Positions 56,321 to 64,000 of a DNA stretch of 64,000 nt are shown one piece after another. The translations under genes and the position numbers were made by a program. The stretch spans positions 64,001 through 128,000 of the forward strand of contig BTVY01000007.1 in the NCBI GenBank assembly GCA_045863335.1, written 5' to 3'. The notes beneath the pieces are model-generated. The model worked only from the letters and a program-made list of their open reading frames with translations. It was not told the DNA's origin and did not search any database. How positions within the stretch are numbered: position 1 is the stretch's first letter; the number at the start of each line of letters is the position of its first letter. This stretch comes from Candidatus Hydrogenedentota bacterium. Lineage in GTDB: Bacteria; Hydrogenedentota; Hydrogenedentia; Hydrogenedentales; SLHB01.

Positions 56321-57718
56321 GTGCCTGAATTGAATATCCCGATCCTATCCGGGTTGCGCGAGTTGGACCGCGCGCCGCGCCAGTTCTTGTATTTCATCGT
56401 GTTCAACGTGGTTTCCTGGCAATGCATCGTCGGGAACGCGCTGGTGCTGTTTGCCCGGAGCCTGGATATCCCCGCGTCTTGGGTGGGGTTTCTTATCGCC
56501 TTCATGCCCCTGTCCATGTTGCTGGTGTTGGTCACCGTTCCGCTGGTCACCTACCTGGGACCGCGCCGGCTCATGTCGACGGCGTGGGGTTCGCGTTGCG
56601 TGGTCATCTGCGCGGTGTTCCTGATTCCCTTTGTGATGGACCGCTACGGGCTGAAACCGGCGCAGTACGTGCTCATGGGCGCGACGCTGGGGTTCTGTCT
56701 GTTGCGGGCTATGGGCGGGGGCGGCTGGTTTCCATGGCTCCATGAGGTGGTGCCGGAACACCAGCGAGGCACCTACTTCAGCACGGAATCGGCCATCACG
56801 CAGCTCCTCTGGGTCGTGGTGGCCTCGGCGCAGGCATTCATCCTGCACGAGAACCCGGGCCTGTACCACTTCCTCGCCTTGTACGCCATCGGGATTGCCG
56901 CCGGGTTCATCAGCCTCATCTACATGGTTCGCGTACCGGGCGGCCGGGGTGTGACCGAACGAGTTTCCATGCACTCAAGCTTTGGAGCGTACCGGATTAC
57001 CCTGTCTGACCGGCCTTTCCTCCAGTTCGTGGTCGTCGCGACGCTATGCTTTTCGTGCTTGACGTGGCTCTCCGCGGCGCTGGTTCTTTACATGCGCGAC
57101 GCGCTCGGATACTCGCCGAGGGACATCATGTTGATTACGGCCGCCGGCGGCGCGGGTATCCTCGTCACGATCCGCCAGTGGGGCCGGTTCGCCGACCACT
57201 CGGGCAGCGGCCGCGCCATGTTCCTGAGTCTCGTGGGACACAGCGTCAGCGCGCTGGTTTTCCTCATGATCGTTCCCGGCGCCTGGTGGACGTGGTGGCT
57301 GCTCCCGCCGACGGTGGTCTTTTCGGGCGTGTTCGCGGCAGCCTATACCATGGCCGCCCACCGCGCCATGCTGAATTTCGTTCGCTCGCCCGGTCGCGTG
57401 GCCTACACCAATTTTTGGACCGTGGGGACGTCACTCGCCTTGGGCATCACACCGATTCTCGTGGGGTACTCGATCGATCATTGGGGACTCTGGGGATACC
57501 GCACCTGCTTCCTGGCCTGTGCCATTGGAGGAATCTGCTGCGCAGTGGCGAGCCGATTTGCCGTCCAGGACAGCACGCCGCTCGAACCTTCGCTGAGCCG
57601 GCTCGTCAATCCGGCCTTGCCAGTGCGCACGCTCGCACGCATTCTGTGGATCACACTGGGACTGCACGAAAGCGGACGGCGCACAGGGGCGGCGCTTCGT
57701 CCGTCAGACCGATCGTGA
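56321..57718 (+). CDS. MFS transporter
   Basis: About 12 TM helices, W..EVVPEHQRG.YF, WGRFADHSG loop motif. Confidence 0.85.
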   Translation: MPELNIPILSGLRELDRAPRQFLYFIVFNVVSWQCIVGNALVLFARSLDIPASWVGFLIAFMPLSMLLVLVTVPLVTYLGPRRLMSTAWGSRCVVICAVFLIPFVMDRYGLKPAQYVLMGATLGFCLLRAMGGGGWFPWLHEVVPEHQRGTYFSTESAITQLLWVVVASAQAFILHENPGLYHFLALYAIGIAAGFISLIYMVRVPGGRGVTERVSMHSSFGAYRITLSDRPFLQFVVVATLCFSCLTWLSAALVLYMRDALGYSPRDIMLITAAGGAGILVTIRQWGRFADHSGSGRAMFLSLVGHSVSALVFLMIVPGAWWTWWLLPPTVVFSGVFAAAYTMAAHRAMLNFVRSPGRVAYTNFWTVGTSLALGITPILVGYSIDHWGLWGYRTCFLACAIGGICCAVASRFAVQDSTPLEPSLSRLVNPALPVRTLARILWITLGLHESGRRTGAALRPSDRS

Positions 57719-57774
57719 TTTTCCCGATTCCTCGGCCGTGGTTCACGGCATAGCCTAGTCTTCGTTAATGCATT

Positions 57775-57835
57775 GTATTTACTTCATTTATATTGTCAAG
57801 AATTTCTCCACAAATGAAGATACATATGATATACT
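57775..57835 (+). promoter_or_regulatory. AT-rich promoter/operator of kor-hdrA operon
   Basis: Extended -10 TGaTATACT (57827-57835); inverted repeat CTTCATTT/AAATGAAG; Rex-like TTGTCAAGAATTTCTCCA (57793-57810). Confidence 0.55.
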
Positions 57836-57881
57836 CGATTTAGTGCCGACGATTGTCACCGTATTCAGGGGGAATGAAGTA

Positions 57882-58202
57882 GTGACTTCGACACCGGGCT
57901 ACCCGCGTACGCCTATGGACCGGGACACGGCGTACGTACCAAGGGGGCAAGTATTTGTGATCCCGGGACGCTGCAAGGGCTGCGGCTATTGTATCGAGTT
58001 CTGCCCGCAGCTCGTTCTTTCCACGTCCAGCGACATCAACGCGAAGGGTTACCACTACCCTATCGTCGCGGATGAAAAATCGGACGCATGCATCCACTGC
58101 GGCTTTTGCGATGTCGTCTGCCCCGAGTTCGCCATCTACACGGAAGAGATTGATGCGCCCGGATCTCAGGCGTTGGAGGCGCACGATGCCGGGAACCGTT
58201 AG
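57882..58202 (+). CDS. korD: 2-oxoacid:ferredoxin oxidoreductase delta subunit (2x[4Fe-4S])
   Basis: CKGCGYCIEFCP and CIHCGFCDVVCPEFAI; GTG 57882 with AGGGGG RBS (ATG 57915 is an alternative). Confidence 0.9.
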   Translation: MTSTPGYPRTPMDRDTAYVPRGQVFVIPGRCKGCGYCIEFCPQLVLSTSSDINAKGYHYPIVADEKSDACIHCGFCDVVCPEFAIYTEEIDAPGSQALEAHDAGNR

Positions 58203-59361
58203 CGCAACATCCAGCACTCCGCCCCGCGTCATGACCGGCGAGCACTTCATGGTCGGCGACCACGCCTGCGCGGAAGGCGCCCTCGCGGCCGGTCTGGATT
58301 TCTTCGCGGGATACCCGATTACCCCATCCACCGAGATCTGCGAACGGCTTGCCCACCGGCTGCCGCAGGTGGGCGGAACCTTCGTGCAGATGGAAGATGA
58401 ACTGGGCAGCATCGCCGCCATTCTGGGCGCATCCGCCGCTGGCGCGCGCACCTTGACCGCCACGTCCGGCCCGGGCTTCAGCCTCATGATGGAGAACATC
58501 GGCCTGGCGGCGATGATGGAGATTCCCTGCGTCATCGTGGACGTCATGCGCGGCTCGCCTTCTACCGGTCTGCCCACCTTGGTCGGGCAAGCTGACGTGT
58601 TCCAGGCGCGCTGGGGTTCTCATGGCGATTACGGGATTGTTGCGTACTCGCCCTCCTCGCCGCAGGAGTGTTTCGATCTCACAATCCGCGCATTCAATGT
58701 GGCGGACCGATTGCGCATTCCCGTGTTCGTGTTGATGGACGAAGTCATCGGCCACATGACGGAGCGCGTCGTGATTCCGCCGGCGCATCAGATTCCCCGC
58801 GTGGATCGAAAGCGGCCGTCCCACGAACCCGGCGACGCGGTGTTCCTGCCGTTCAAGGCGGACGCCGATTTGATTCCCCCCATGGCCCACGCGGGCGAGG
58901 GGTACAACGTGCATTTCACGGGGCTGACCCACGACGAACGGGGCTACCCCGCGTTGAACGCGCAGACTCACGAGCAATTGGTCACGCGGCTGGTCAACAA
59001 GGTGGCCGTTCACGCGCCCGAAGTTATCCTGACCGAGGAAGTCGACCTCGACGACGCGGAAGTAGTGGTCGTCGCGTTCGGCTGCACGGCCCGCTCGGCA
59101 CGCCGCGCGGTAGCGATGGCGCGTCAGCAGGGTGTCAAGGCGGGATTGCTCCGGCTGATTTCGTTGTGGCCCTTCCCCGAGGAGCGCGTTCGAGAATTGG
59201 GACGGCGGGATGCGGTGAAGCGATTTGTGGTGCCTGAAATCAACATGGGGCAGATGTGCCGCGAGGTGGAACGCCTTACCCATCTGCCCGTGCAGTCCAT
59301 CAACCGGGCCGGCGGCGCCATGATCACGCCGCAGTCGATTCTGGAGGTGCTTGTGTCATGA
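58186..59361 (+). CDS. korA: 2-oxoacid:ferredoxin oxidoreductase alpha subunit
   Basis: AGYPITPSTE, QMEDE, TATSGPGFSLMME, RGSPSTGLPT, ARWGSHGD; substrate not established. Confidence 0.92.
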   Translation: MPGTVSATSSTPPRVMTGEHFMVGDHACAEGALAAGLDFFAGYPITPSTEICERLAHRLPQVGGTFVQMEDELGSIAAILGASAAGARTLTATSGPGFSLMMENIGLAAMMEIPCVIVDVMRGSPSTGLPTLVGQADVFQARWGSHGDYGIVAYSPSSPQECFDLTIRAFNVADRLRIPVFVLMDEVIGHMTERVVIPPAHQIPRVDRKRPSHEPGDAVFLPFKADADLIPPMAHAGEGYNVHFTGLTHDERGYPALNAQTHEQLVTRLVNKVAVHAPEVILTEEVDLDDAEVVVVAFGCTARSARRAVAMARQQGVKAGLLRLISLWPFPEERVRELGRRDAVKRFVVPEINMGQMCREVERLTHLPVQSINRAGGAMITPQSILEVLVS

Positions 59362-60278
59362 GCGTTCCGGCTCCAGCCGCTACCCAATTCGTTGAAGAGC
59401 ACCCAATCGATACCCTCCTCCGCGCCGACCGCTTTCCTCATATTCTCTGCCCCGCCTGCGGCATTGGCTCCGTAATCCATTGCTACGTACAGGCCATTTC
59501 CGAATCGGGCATCGACAAGGCGCAGCACGTATGCGTGTCGGGTATTGGGTGCAGTGGACGCGCGGCGGGCTACATCAACGTCGACAGCTACCATACCACA
59601 CACGGGCGCGCGGTACCGTTTGCGCTGGGCATTGCGGTGTACCGGCCGGAATTGTGCGTCACGGTGATCAGCGGCGACGGCGACCTGTCGTCCATCGGCG
59701 GCAACCATTTGATCCATGCCGCGCGCCGCAATGTGAATCTGAACATCATCTGCATCAACAACTTTAACTACGGGATGACCGGCGGTCAGGCGGGGCCGAC
59801 GACCCCGGTAAGCGCCAAGTCGTCCACAACGCCTTTCGGCAGTTGGGAGCGCCCGTTCAATCTCCCCCACCTCGCGCACGCCGTCGGCGCTTCCCTGGTG
59901 TCACGGTGGACGGTATTGCATGCGCGGCAACTCAAGCAGACGATTCTCAAGGCCATGCATAAGCAGGGCTTTGCGTTTATCGAAGTCCTCTCGCCCTGCC
60001 CTACCGGTTTCGGCCGGCCGAACGATCGGGGCGATGGAATCGAAGACATGCGGCGGTACCGCCAGCGTTGCGTCATTGACGACGAGGCGTACCTTCCGGA
60101 CATTGACATCGATATAACGGACGACACGAGCCCGATTGTGGTGGGGAACTTCGTCGACATCGACCGCCCCCCCTTCCAGCCGGTGCTCGGGGCGCCTCGT
60201 CGTGAAGTGGCAAAGGTATTGGCGGAAAACGCAAACCAACGGACGAGATCCCGGGAGTCGATTGGCCATGAGCACTGA
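59358..60278 (+). CDS. korB: 2-oxoacid:ferredoxin oxidoreductase beta subunit (TPP-binding)
   Basis: CPACG, SGIGCS, HTTHGRA, GDGD..IGGNH, NNFNYGMTGGQ, SPCPT. Confidence 0.92.
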   Translation: MSVPAPAATQFVEEHPIDTLLRADRFPHILCPACGIGSVIHCYVQAISESGIDKAQHVCVSGIGCSGRAAGYINVDSYHTTHGRAVPFALGIAVYRPELCVTVISGDGDLSSIGGNHLIHAARRNVNLNIICINNFNYGMTGGQAGPTTPVSAKSSTTPFGSWERPFNLPHLAHAVGASLVSRWTVLHARQLKQTILKAMHKQGFAFIEVLSPCPTGFGRPNDRGDGIEDMRRYRQRCVIDDEAYLPDIDIDITDDTSPIVVGNFVDIDRPPFQPVLGAPRREVAKVLAENANQRTRSRESIGHEH

Positions 60279-60831
60279 GACAACGCAGAACGGCCCTGTC
60301 CAAATCCGCATCGCCGGTTACGGTGGGCAGGGCGTCATTCTAACCGGCATGCTATTGGGTAAGGCCGCCAGTCTGTACGATGCGAAGGAAGCGGTGTTTA
60401 CCCAATCCTACGGACCCGAGGCGCGGGGCGGCGCATCAAGCGCGGACGTGGTGATCTCGTCCGATCCTATTGACTATCCCCTGGTGACGGAGCCGGATAT
60501 TCTCGTGACGCTATTTCAGGAGGCGTACAGCAAGTACCGGCCCAGCTTGAAACCCGGTGGCACGCTTATCGTGGAGAGCGATCTTGTGCATACCAACGGC
60601 GACGCCAATGTGGCGGGGCTTCCCGCGTCGCGCATGGCGGAGACGATCGGCCGCCGCATCGTCGCGAACGTCGTCGTATTTGGCTATCTCGTGGGCAAAA
60701 CGGGCGTCGTCAGCAAAGAGGCCGCCATGAAAGCTATTGAAGCGACGGTCAAACCGAAGACTTATGAATTGAATCTGAAGGCGTTTACAGCGGGATACGC
60801 GCGGGCCACGGAGGAGTCGGGCCGTGAGTGA
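60268..60831 (+). CDS. korC: 2-oxoacid:ferredoxin oxidoreductase gamma subunit
   Basis: AGYGGQG, QSYGPEARGGAS, N.KAF..G. Confidence 0.92.
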   Translation: MSTETTQNGPVQIRIAGYGGQGVILTGMLLGKAASLYDAKEAVFTQSYGPEARGGASSADVVISSDPIDYPLVTEPDILVTLFQEAYSKYRPSLKPGGTLIVESDLVHTNGDANVAGLPASRMAETIGRRIVANVVVFGYLVGKTGVVSKEAAMKAIEATVKPKTYELNLKAFTAGYARATEESGRE

Positions 60832-62230
60832 TGCCGTACTCGTCGTGGGTGGTGGTATCGGCGGTCTCCGCGCGGCGTTAGACCTCGCGCATGCGGGCGC
60901 GCGCGTCGTTCTTGTGGAAAACAAGGCAACCGTCGGCGGCAAGCTTGCCGCACTATTGGAAGAGGGACGGACGGCCCTGGACCTGCCCGAGGGCGCGTGG
61001 CTACCCACCCTGGCGCAAGTGGAAGCCAGTTCGCAGATCGAGATCCTCACGCTTTCCGAGGTGGTCGCGCTGTCCGGCGAACCCGGCGAGTTTGCGGTGA
61101 CCATCCGCTCCCGTTCCCGCTTCGTGAGCGACGTCTGCGACCATTGCAGCGTCTGTAAGCAGGTCTGCCCTGTCGTGCGTCCGAATGAATACGATGCCGG
61201 TCTCTCCTTTCGGAAAGCCATCTTCAGTCCCTTGAAGAGTCCGGTGCCGTCTTCGTTCGTCATCGATATCGACAGTTGCTTGAACGACCCGCCGAACTAC
61301 ATACCCTGTCAGCGTTGCGTAGAGAATTGCCATGTAAGCGCGATCAGTTTCGACACGCCACTGGAGCGGACGATTACGCGGGACGTGGGAAGCGTCGTGT
61401 TGGCGGCGGGCTTCGACCTGGACGGCGAGAAGGCGCTCGTAAGGTTCGGATACGGCAAACACCCCGACGTGGTGACGTCGCTCGAATTGGAGCGGCTCTT
61501 CGCGGCGTCGGGCGCGACCGGCGGGTACGTGGAGCGGCCCTCCGACGAGCGCGATCCGGAACGGGTGCTGATTGCGATAGCCGATCCCACGGACTTCACC
61601 TGGACCTACACGGCCCGGCACGCGAAGCGCATGCTGGATCAAGCGCTGGAACACGTGACCATTGCGTACGAATCGCCTGCCTCCAGCGGCAAAGGTCCGT
61701 CGTCGTTCCTTCCCGGTTCGGTACGGGAGAAGACACGGCTCGTTCATGCGACGGTCGAATCCGTCAATCCAGACTCGGGCGGCGCATTGCTGGTGACCAT
61801 GCGGGATGGAAGAACGGGCTCCGTTGTGAGTGAAGCGTTTGATCTCGTCGTAGTCGCGACGGCCGTACAACCACCAAGGAGTATGCCGACCGTATCAGAC
61901 GCGTTGGGGGTTCGTCTTGGGCCGGACGGGTTTGTCCGAACAACGGAAAAGGATGGCGCACGCGTGGTAACCAGCCGCCCCGGCGTTTACGCTTGCGGGT
62001 GCGTGACCGGTCCGAAAAACATTCACGAGACGCTGACGGAAGCGGCGGCGGCTGTGGAACAAGCGTTTCAACACGCGCGGCGTGGCACGCGGCGGGCAGG
62101 TCCGCCAAAGCCCGAACTGGAGCCTTCGGGCAATGGGATATCGGAAGATGCCTTGCGTCAGCGGATGGGGCAAGTGGTCGAAACGCTAATCTCCATGGGC
62201 GAAAAGCGCCTCACCAACGGGAACTCCTGA
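60824..62230 (+). CDS. HdrA-like FAD/[4Fe-4S] oxidoreductase (truncated, divergent)
   Basis: VVGGGIGG, inserted ferredoxin domain (CDHCSVC...CP; C...CQRCVENC), NEYD.GL..RKAI, YG....VVTSLELER...SG.TGG...RPSD, GC..GPK.I. Confidence 0.85.
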   Translation: MSDAVLVVGGGIGGLRAALDLAHAGARVVLVENKATVGGKLAALLEEGRTALDLPEGAWLPTLAQVEASSQIEILTLSEVVALSGEPGEFAVTIRSRSRFVSDVCDHCSVCKQVCPVVRPNEYDAGLSFRKAIFSPLKSPVPSSFVIDIDSCLNDPPNYIPCQRCVENCHVSAISFDTPLERTITRDVGSVVLAAGFDLDGEKALVRFGYGKHPDVVTSLELERLFAASGATGGYVERPSDERDPERVLIAIADPTDFTWTYTARHAKRMLDQALEHVTIAYESPASSGKGPSSFLPGSVREKTRLVHATVESVNPDSGGALLVTMRDGRTGSVVSEAFDLVVVATAVQPPRSMPTVSDALGVRLGPDGFVRTTEKDGARVVTSRPGVYACGCVTGPKNIHETLTEAAAAVEQAFQHARRGTRRAGPPKPELEPSGNGISEDALRQRMGQVVETLISMGEKRLTNGNS

Positions 62231-62235
62231 CGCGG

Positions 62236-62574
62236 TCAAACCTCGTCCAGCGAATCCAGCATGGCCCGGATCTGATTTTCCATCCGGTCGAGGAGGTCGA
62301 CCACTTCTTTGCGTGTCTTCGGACGCCCCTCCCCTTTCAACTCTTGGGCAAGCCGTACGCGCGCGCCTTCGGTGGAAAGCTTTTCGTGCCGCAACAATTG
62401 CTTGATGCGCCGCACGATCTCGATGTCGCCGGAGCGGTAGTATCGGCGATTCGCACGATCGCGCCTCGGTTTGAGCTGAGGAAATCGGCTTTCCCACTGG
62501 CGAAGGATATAATCCGGCACGTCGGTTAACTCGCTGACCTCGCGAATGCTGTATCGTTTTTCGGGATGTTCCAT
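62236..62574 (-). CDS. MerR-family HTH regulator
   Basis: YSIREVSELTDVPDYILRQWE..F..LKP.R....RRYY; start set at MEHPEK. Confidence 0.9.
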   Translation of the reverse strand: MEHPEKRYSIREVSELTDVPDYILRQWESRFPQLKPRRDRANRRYYRSGDIEIVRRIKQLLRHEKLSTEGARVRLAQELKGEGRPKTRKEVVDLLDRMENQIRAMLDSLDEV

Positions 62575-62611
62575 GTTCTGACCAAGTCTGGTTCTACTAC
62601 CAAACGCGTAA

Positions 62612-62855
62612 GAACATCCCCCTTGATCCCCCTTCAAAGGGGGAAAAGCCCACAACGCTCCGCGTTGCGAAGAGCGCGGATCGCAATCTCGGAATTCCCG
62701 TTCACCGTCTTCAAAATGGGAATTGAGGAGCGCGCTCCGCGTGCTCTCTTCTTCGGGTCGCTCGGCGCGCGACGAATTGTCATAGCGCGGTCTTTCGATC
62801 CCTCGATCGGGGGACGGCAGATTCCCCGTTTGAAGGGGGATCAAGGGGGATGTTC
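62612..62855. mobile_element. MITE/REP-like element with 34-bp terminal inverted repeats
   Basis: GAACATCCCCCTTGATCCCCCTTCAAAGGGGGAA (62612-62645) and its inverse (62822-62855), 33/34 identical. Confidence 0.72.
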
Positions 62856-62898
62856 AATTGTACTCTCGAGCGTGCCGGCGCAACGTTGCCAGCCCCGA

Positions 62899-63786
62899 TC
62901 ACGCGCCGAGCCAATCCTGCGGCTTCAGGTAGACCTCCGTCAACTCGGCTTCGGGCGTGCCCGGTTCGGGGCGCCAATCGTAGCGCCACTTCGCGACAGC
63001 CGGCATGGACATGAGGATCGACTCGATGCGGCCGCCGGACTGCAATCCGAACAGGGTGCCCCGATCGTACACGAGGTTGAACTCCACGTAGCGCGATCGC
63101 CGGTAACATTGAAAATCGCGCTGCGCGTCCGTGTACGGCGCGTCGCGATGGCGCTCGATCAGAGGCCGGTACAATGACGGAAAGGCGTTGCCCAAGGCAC
63201 AGACAAATTCGAAGTTCTTCTCCGCGTCGTGCCGGAGGTGATCGAAGAATAGCCCTCCCACTCCGCGCGTTTCGTTCCGGTGCCGGATGAAGAAGTACTC
63301 GTCGCAGGCCTTTTTATGTGTTACATAGTCTTCACCGCAAGCATCGCAGAGTTGCTTCAACTCGCGGTGGAAGGCAACCACGTCTTCGCGTACCGGATAG
63401 TACGGCGTCAGGTCGACGCCGCCGCCGAACCACCACAGGTCACCCGCCTCGAAATAGCGCACGTTCAGGTGGATCGTGGGCACATGCGGGTTCCAGGGGT
63501 GTATGACCAGACTGACGCCGGTGGCCACGAAGGGAGTGTCCGGCGCGATATTGAATTGCGTCGCGGCGGACGCGGGAAGACTCTCGCCATGGATGGCGGA
63601 AAAATTGACGCCGCCCTTTTCGATCAGCGGGCCGCCTTCCCACACGCGCGTGATGCCGCCACCGAAGCCCTTCTCGTAGGACCACCGGTCCTCGCGGTAC
63701 GCTGAGCTGTCTGCCTCGACCAGAAAGCTCGCGATGCGATCTTGTATGTCGCGAAAAGCGGCCTCGATCGCATCAACGCCCGGCAC
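62899..63786 (-). CDS. hemF: Oxygen-dependent coproporphyrinogen III oxidase
   Basis: EKGGVNFS, GVSLVIHP.NPHVPT.H.N.RYF, WWFGGG.DLTP, RGVGGLFFD, RYVEFNL..DRGT.FGL. Confidence 0.95.
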   Translation of the reverse strand: MPGVDAIEAAFRDIQDRIASFLVEADSSAYREDRWSYEKGFGGGITRVWEGGPLIEKGGVNFSAIHGESLPASAATQFNIAPDTPFVATGVSLVIHPWNPHVPTIHLNVRYFEAGDLWWFGGGVDLTPYYPVREDVVAFHRELKQLCDACGEDYVTHKKACDEYFFIRHRNETRGVGGLFFDHLRHDAEKNFEFVCALGNAFPSLYRPLIERHRDAPYTDAQRDFQCYRRSRYVEFNLVYDRGTLFGLQSGGRIESILMSMPAVAKWRYDWRPEPGTPEAELTEVYLKPQDWLGA

Positions 63787-63788
63787 GG

Positions 63789-64000
63789 CTACTCCGCGTT
63801 GTTATTCTTGGTGACGGTGTAAACAGTCAAGTCCTCCAACCCGCTATCGCGACGTCGGAAGATGAATTTGCCCGCCACATAGCCGATGACAAACATCAAG
63901 GCGTGCCCGAGGAATCCGACGTAGTAATTGTGAATGTACTGCGGAATTCCGTCGATCTGGCTGGACAGTGCACAGTACAGCGTGAAGCACAACGTTAACG
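63789..64000 (-). CDS. C-terminus of membrane transporter, probably sodium:solute symporter (truncated by window edge)
   Basis: Frame open to the window end; two TM helices ending GY...F......L..LT.Y, typical of SSS family tails. Confidence 0.55.
   Translation of the reverse strand, partial: LTLCFTLYCALSSQIDGIPQYIHNYYVGFLGHALMFVIGYVAGKFIFRRRDSGLEDLTVYTVTKNNNAE

Noticed and set aside
60824-62230. Selenocysteine or frameshift as the explanation for missing HdrA cysteines
   Set aside because: The frame is continuous with no internal TGA, and flanking motifs stay in frame.

Overview
GC-rich bacterial chromosome window with about 50 protein-coding genes. No rRNA, tRNA, CRISPR array, transposase or integrase is visible. 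Two DUF1559 prepilin-type/H-X9-DG genes share a REG(I/V)[13 protein letters not shown] motif, which points to Candidatus Hydrogenedentota or a relative (inference). Content from left to right: (1) 0.4-14.1 kb is a glycan locus with a TMTC-like GT-C, an O-antigen-ligase/O-OTase-like GT-C with TPRs, two membrane-anchored TPR proteins, an initiating phosphoglycosyltransferase, heparinase II/III, WbuB-like GT4 and wecBC, but no flippase or chain-length regulator in view; (2) a DUF1559 plus methyltransferase pair, then a thioesterase-MBOAT-SGNH acylation operon; (3) a repeat-dense island (20.1-21.8 kb) with a MITE-like palindrome and a ParE-type toxin-antitoxin pair between direct repeats; (4) an AmiE-like/NamZ fusion, a Zn dehydrogenase, a membrane-anchored cohesin and PIN-PhoH; (5) lgt-xth-pduO-LON_N-amrB-nif3-glgA-tsaE; (6) degenerate GT4, DUF2723-like protein and an inverted-architecture Ser/Thr kinase; (7) metallophosphoesterase-hisB-GT2-AlkP, USP-HDOD and two GT4s; (8) a second DUF1559 with a long structured leader, ABC-F and MFS; (9) a four-subunit 2-oxoacid:ferredoxin oxidoreductase operon ending in an HdrA-like flavoprotein that has lost the cysteine motifs of its core cluster, followed by merR-like, hemF and a truncated solute symporter. 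The best candidates for undescribed systems are the Kor plus stripped-down HdrA module and the TPR-rich double GT-C protein-glycosylation locus next to a pilin-like gene. All family calls come from motif recognition by eye; no database searches were run.
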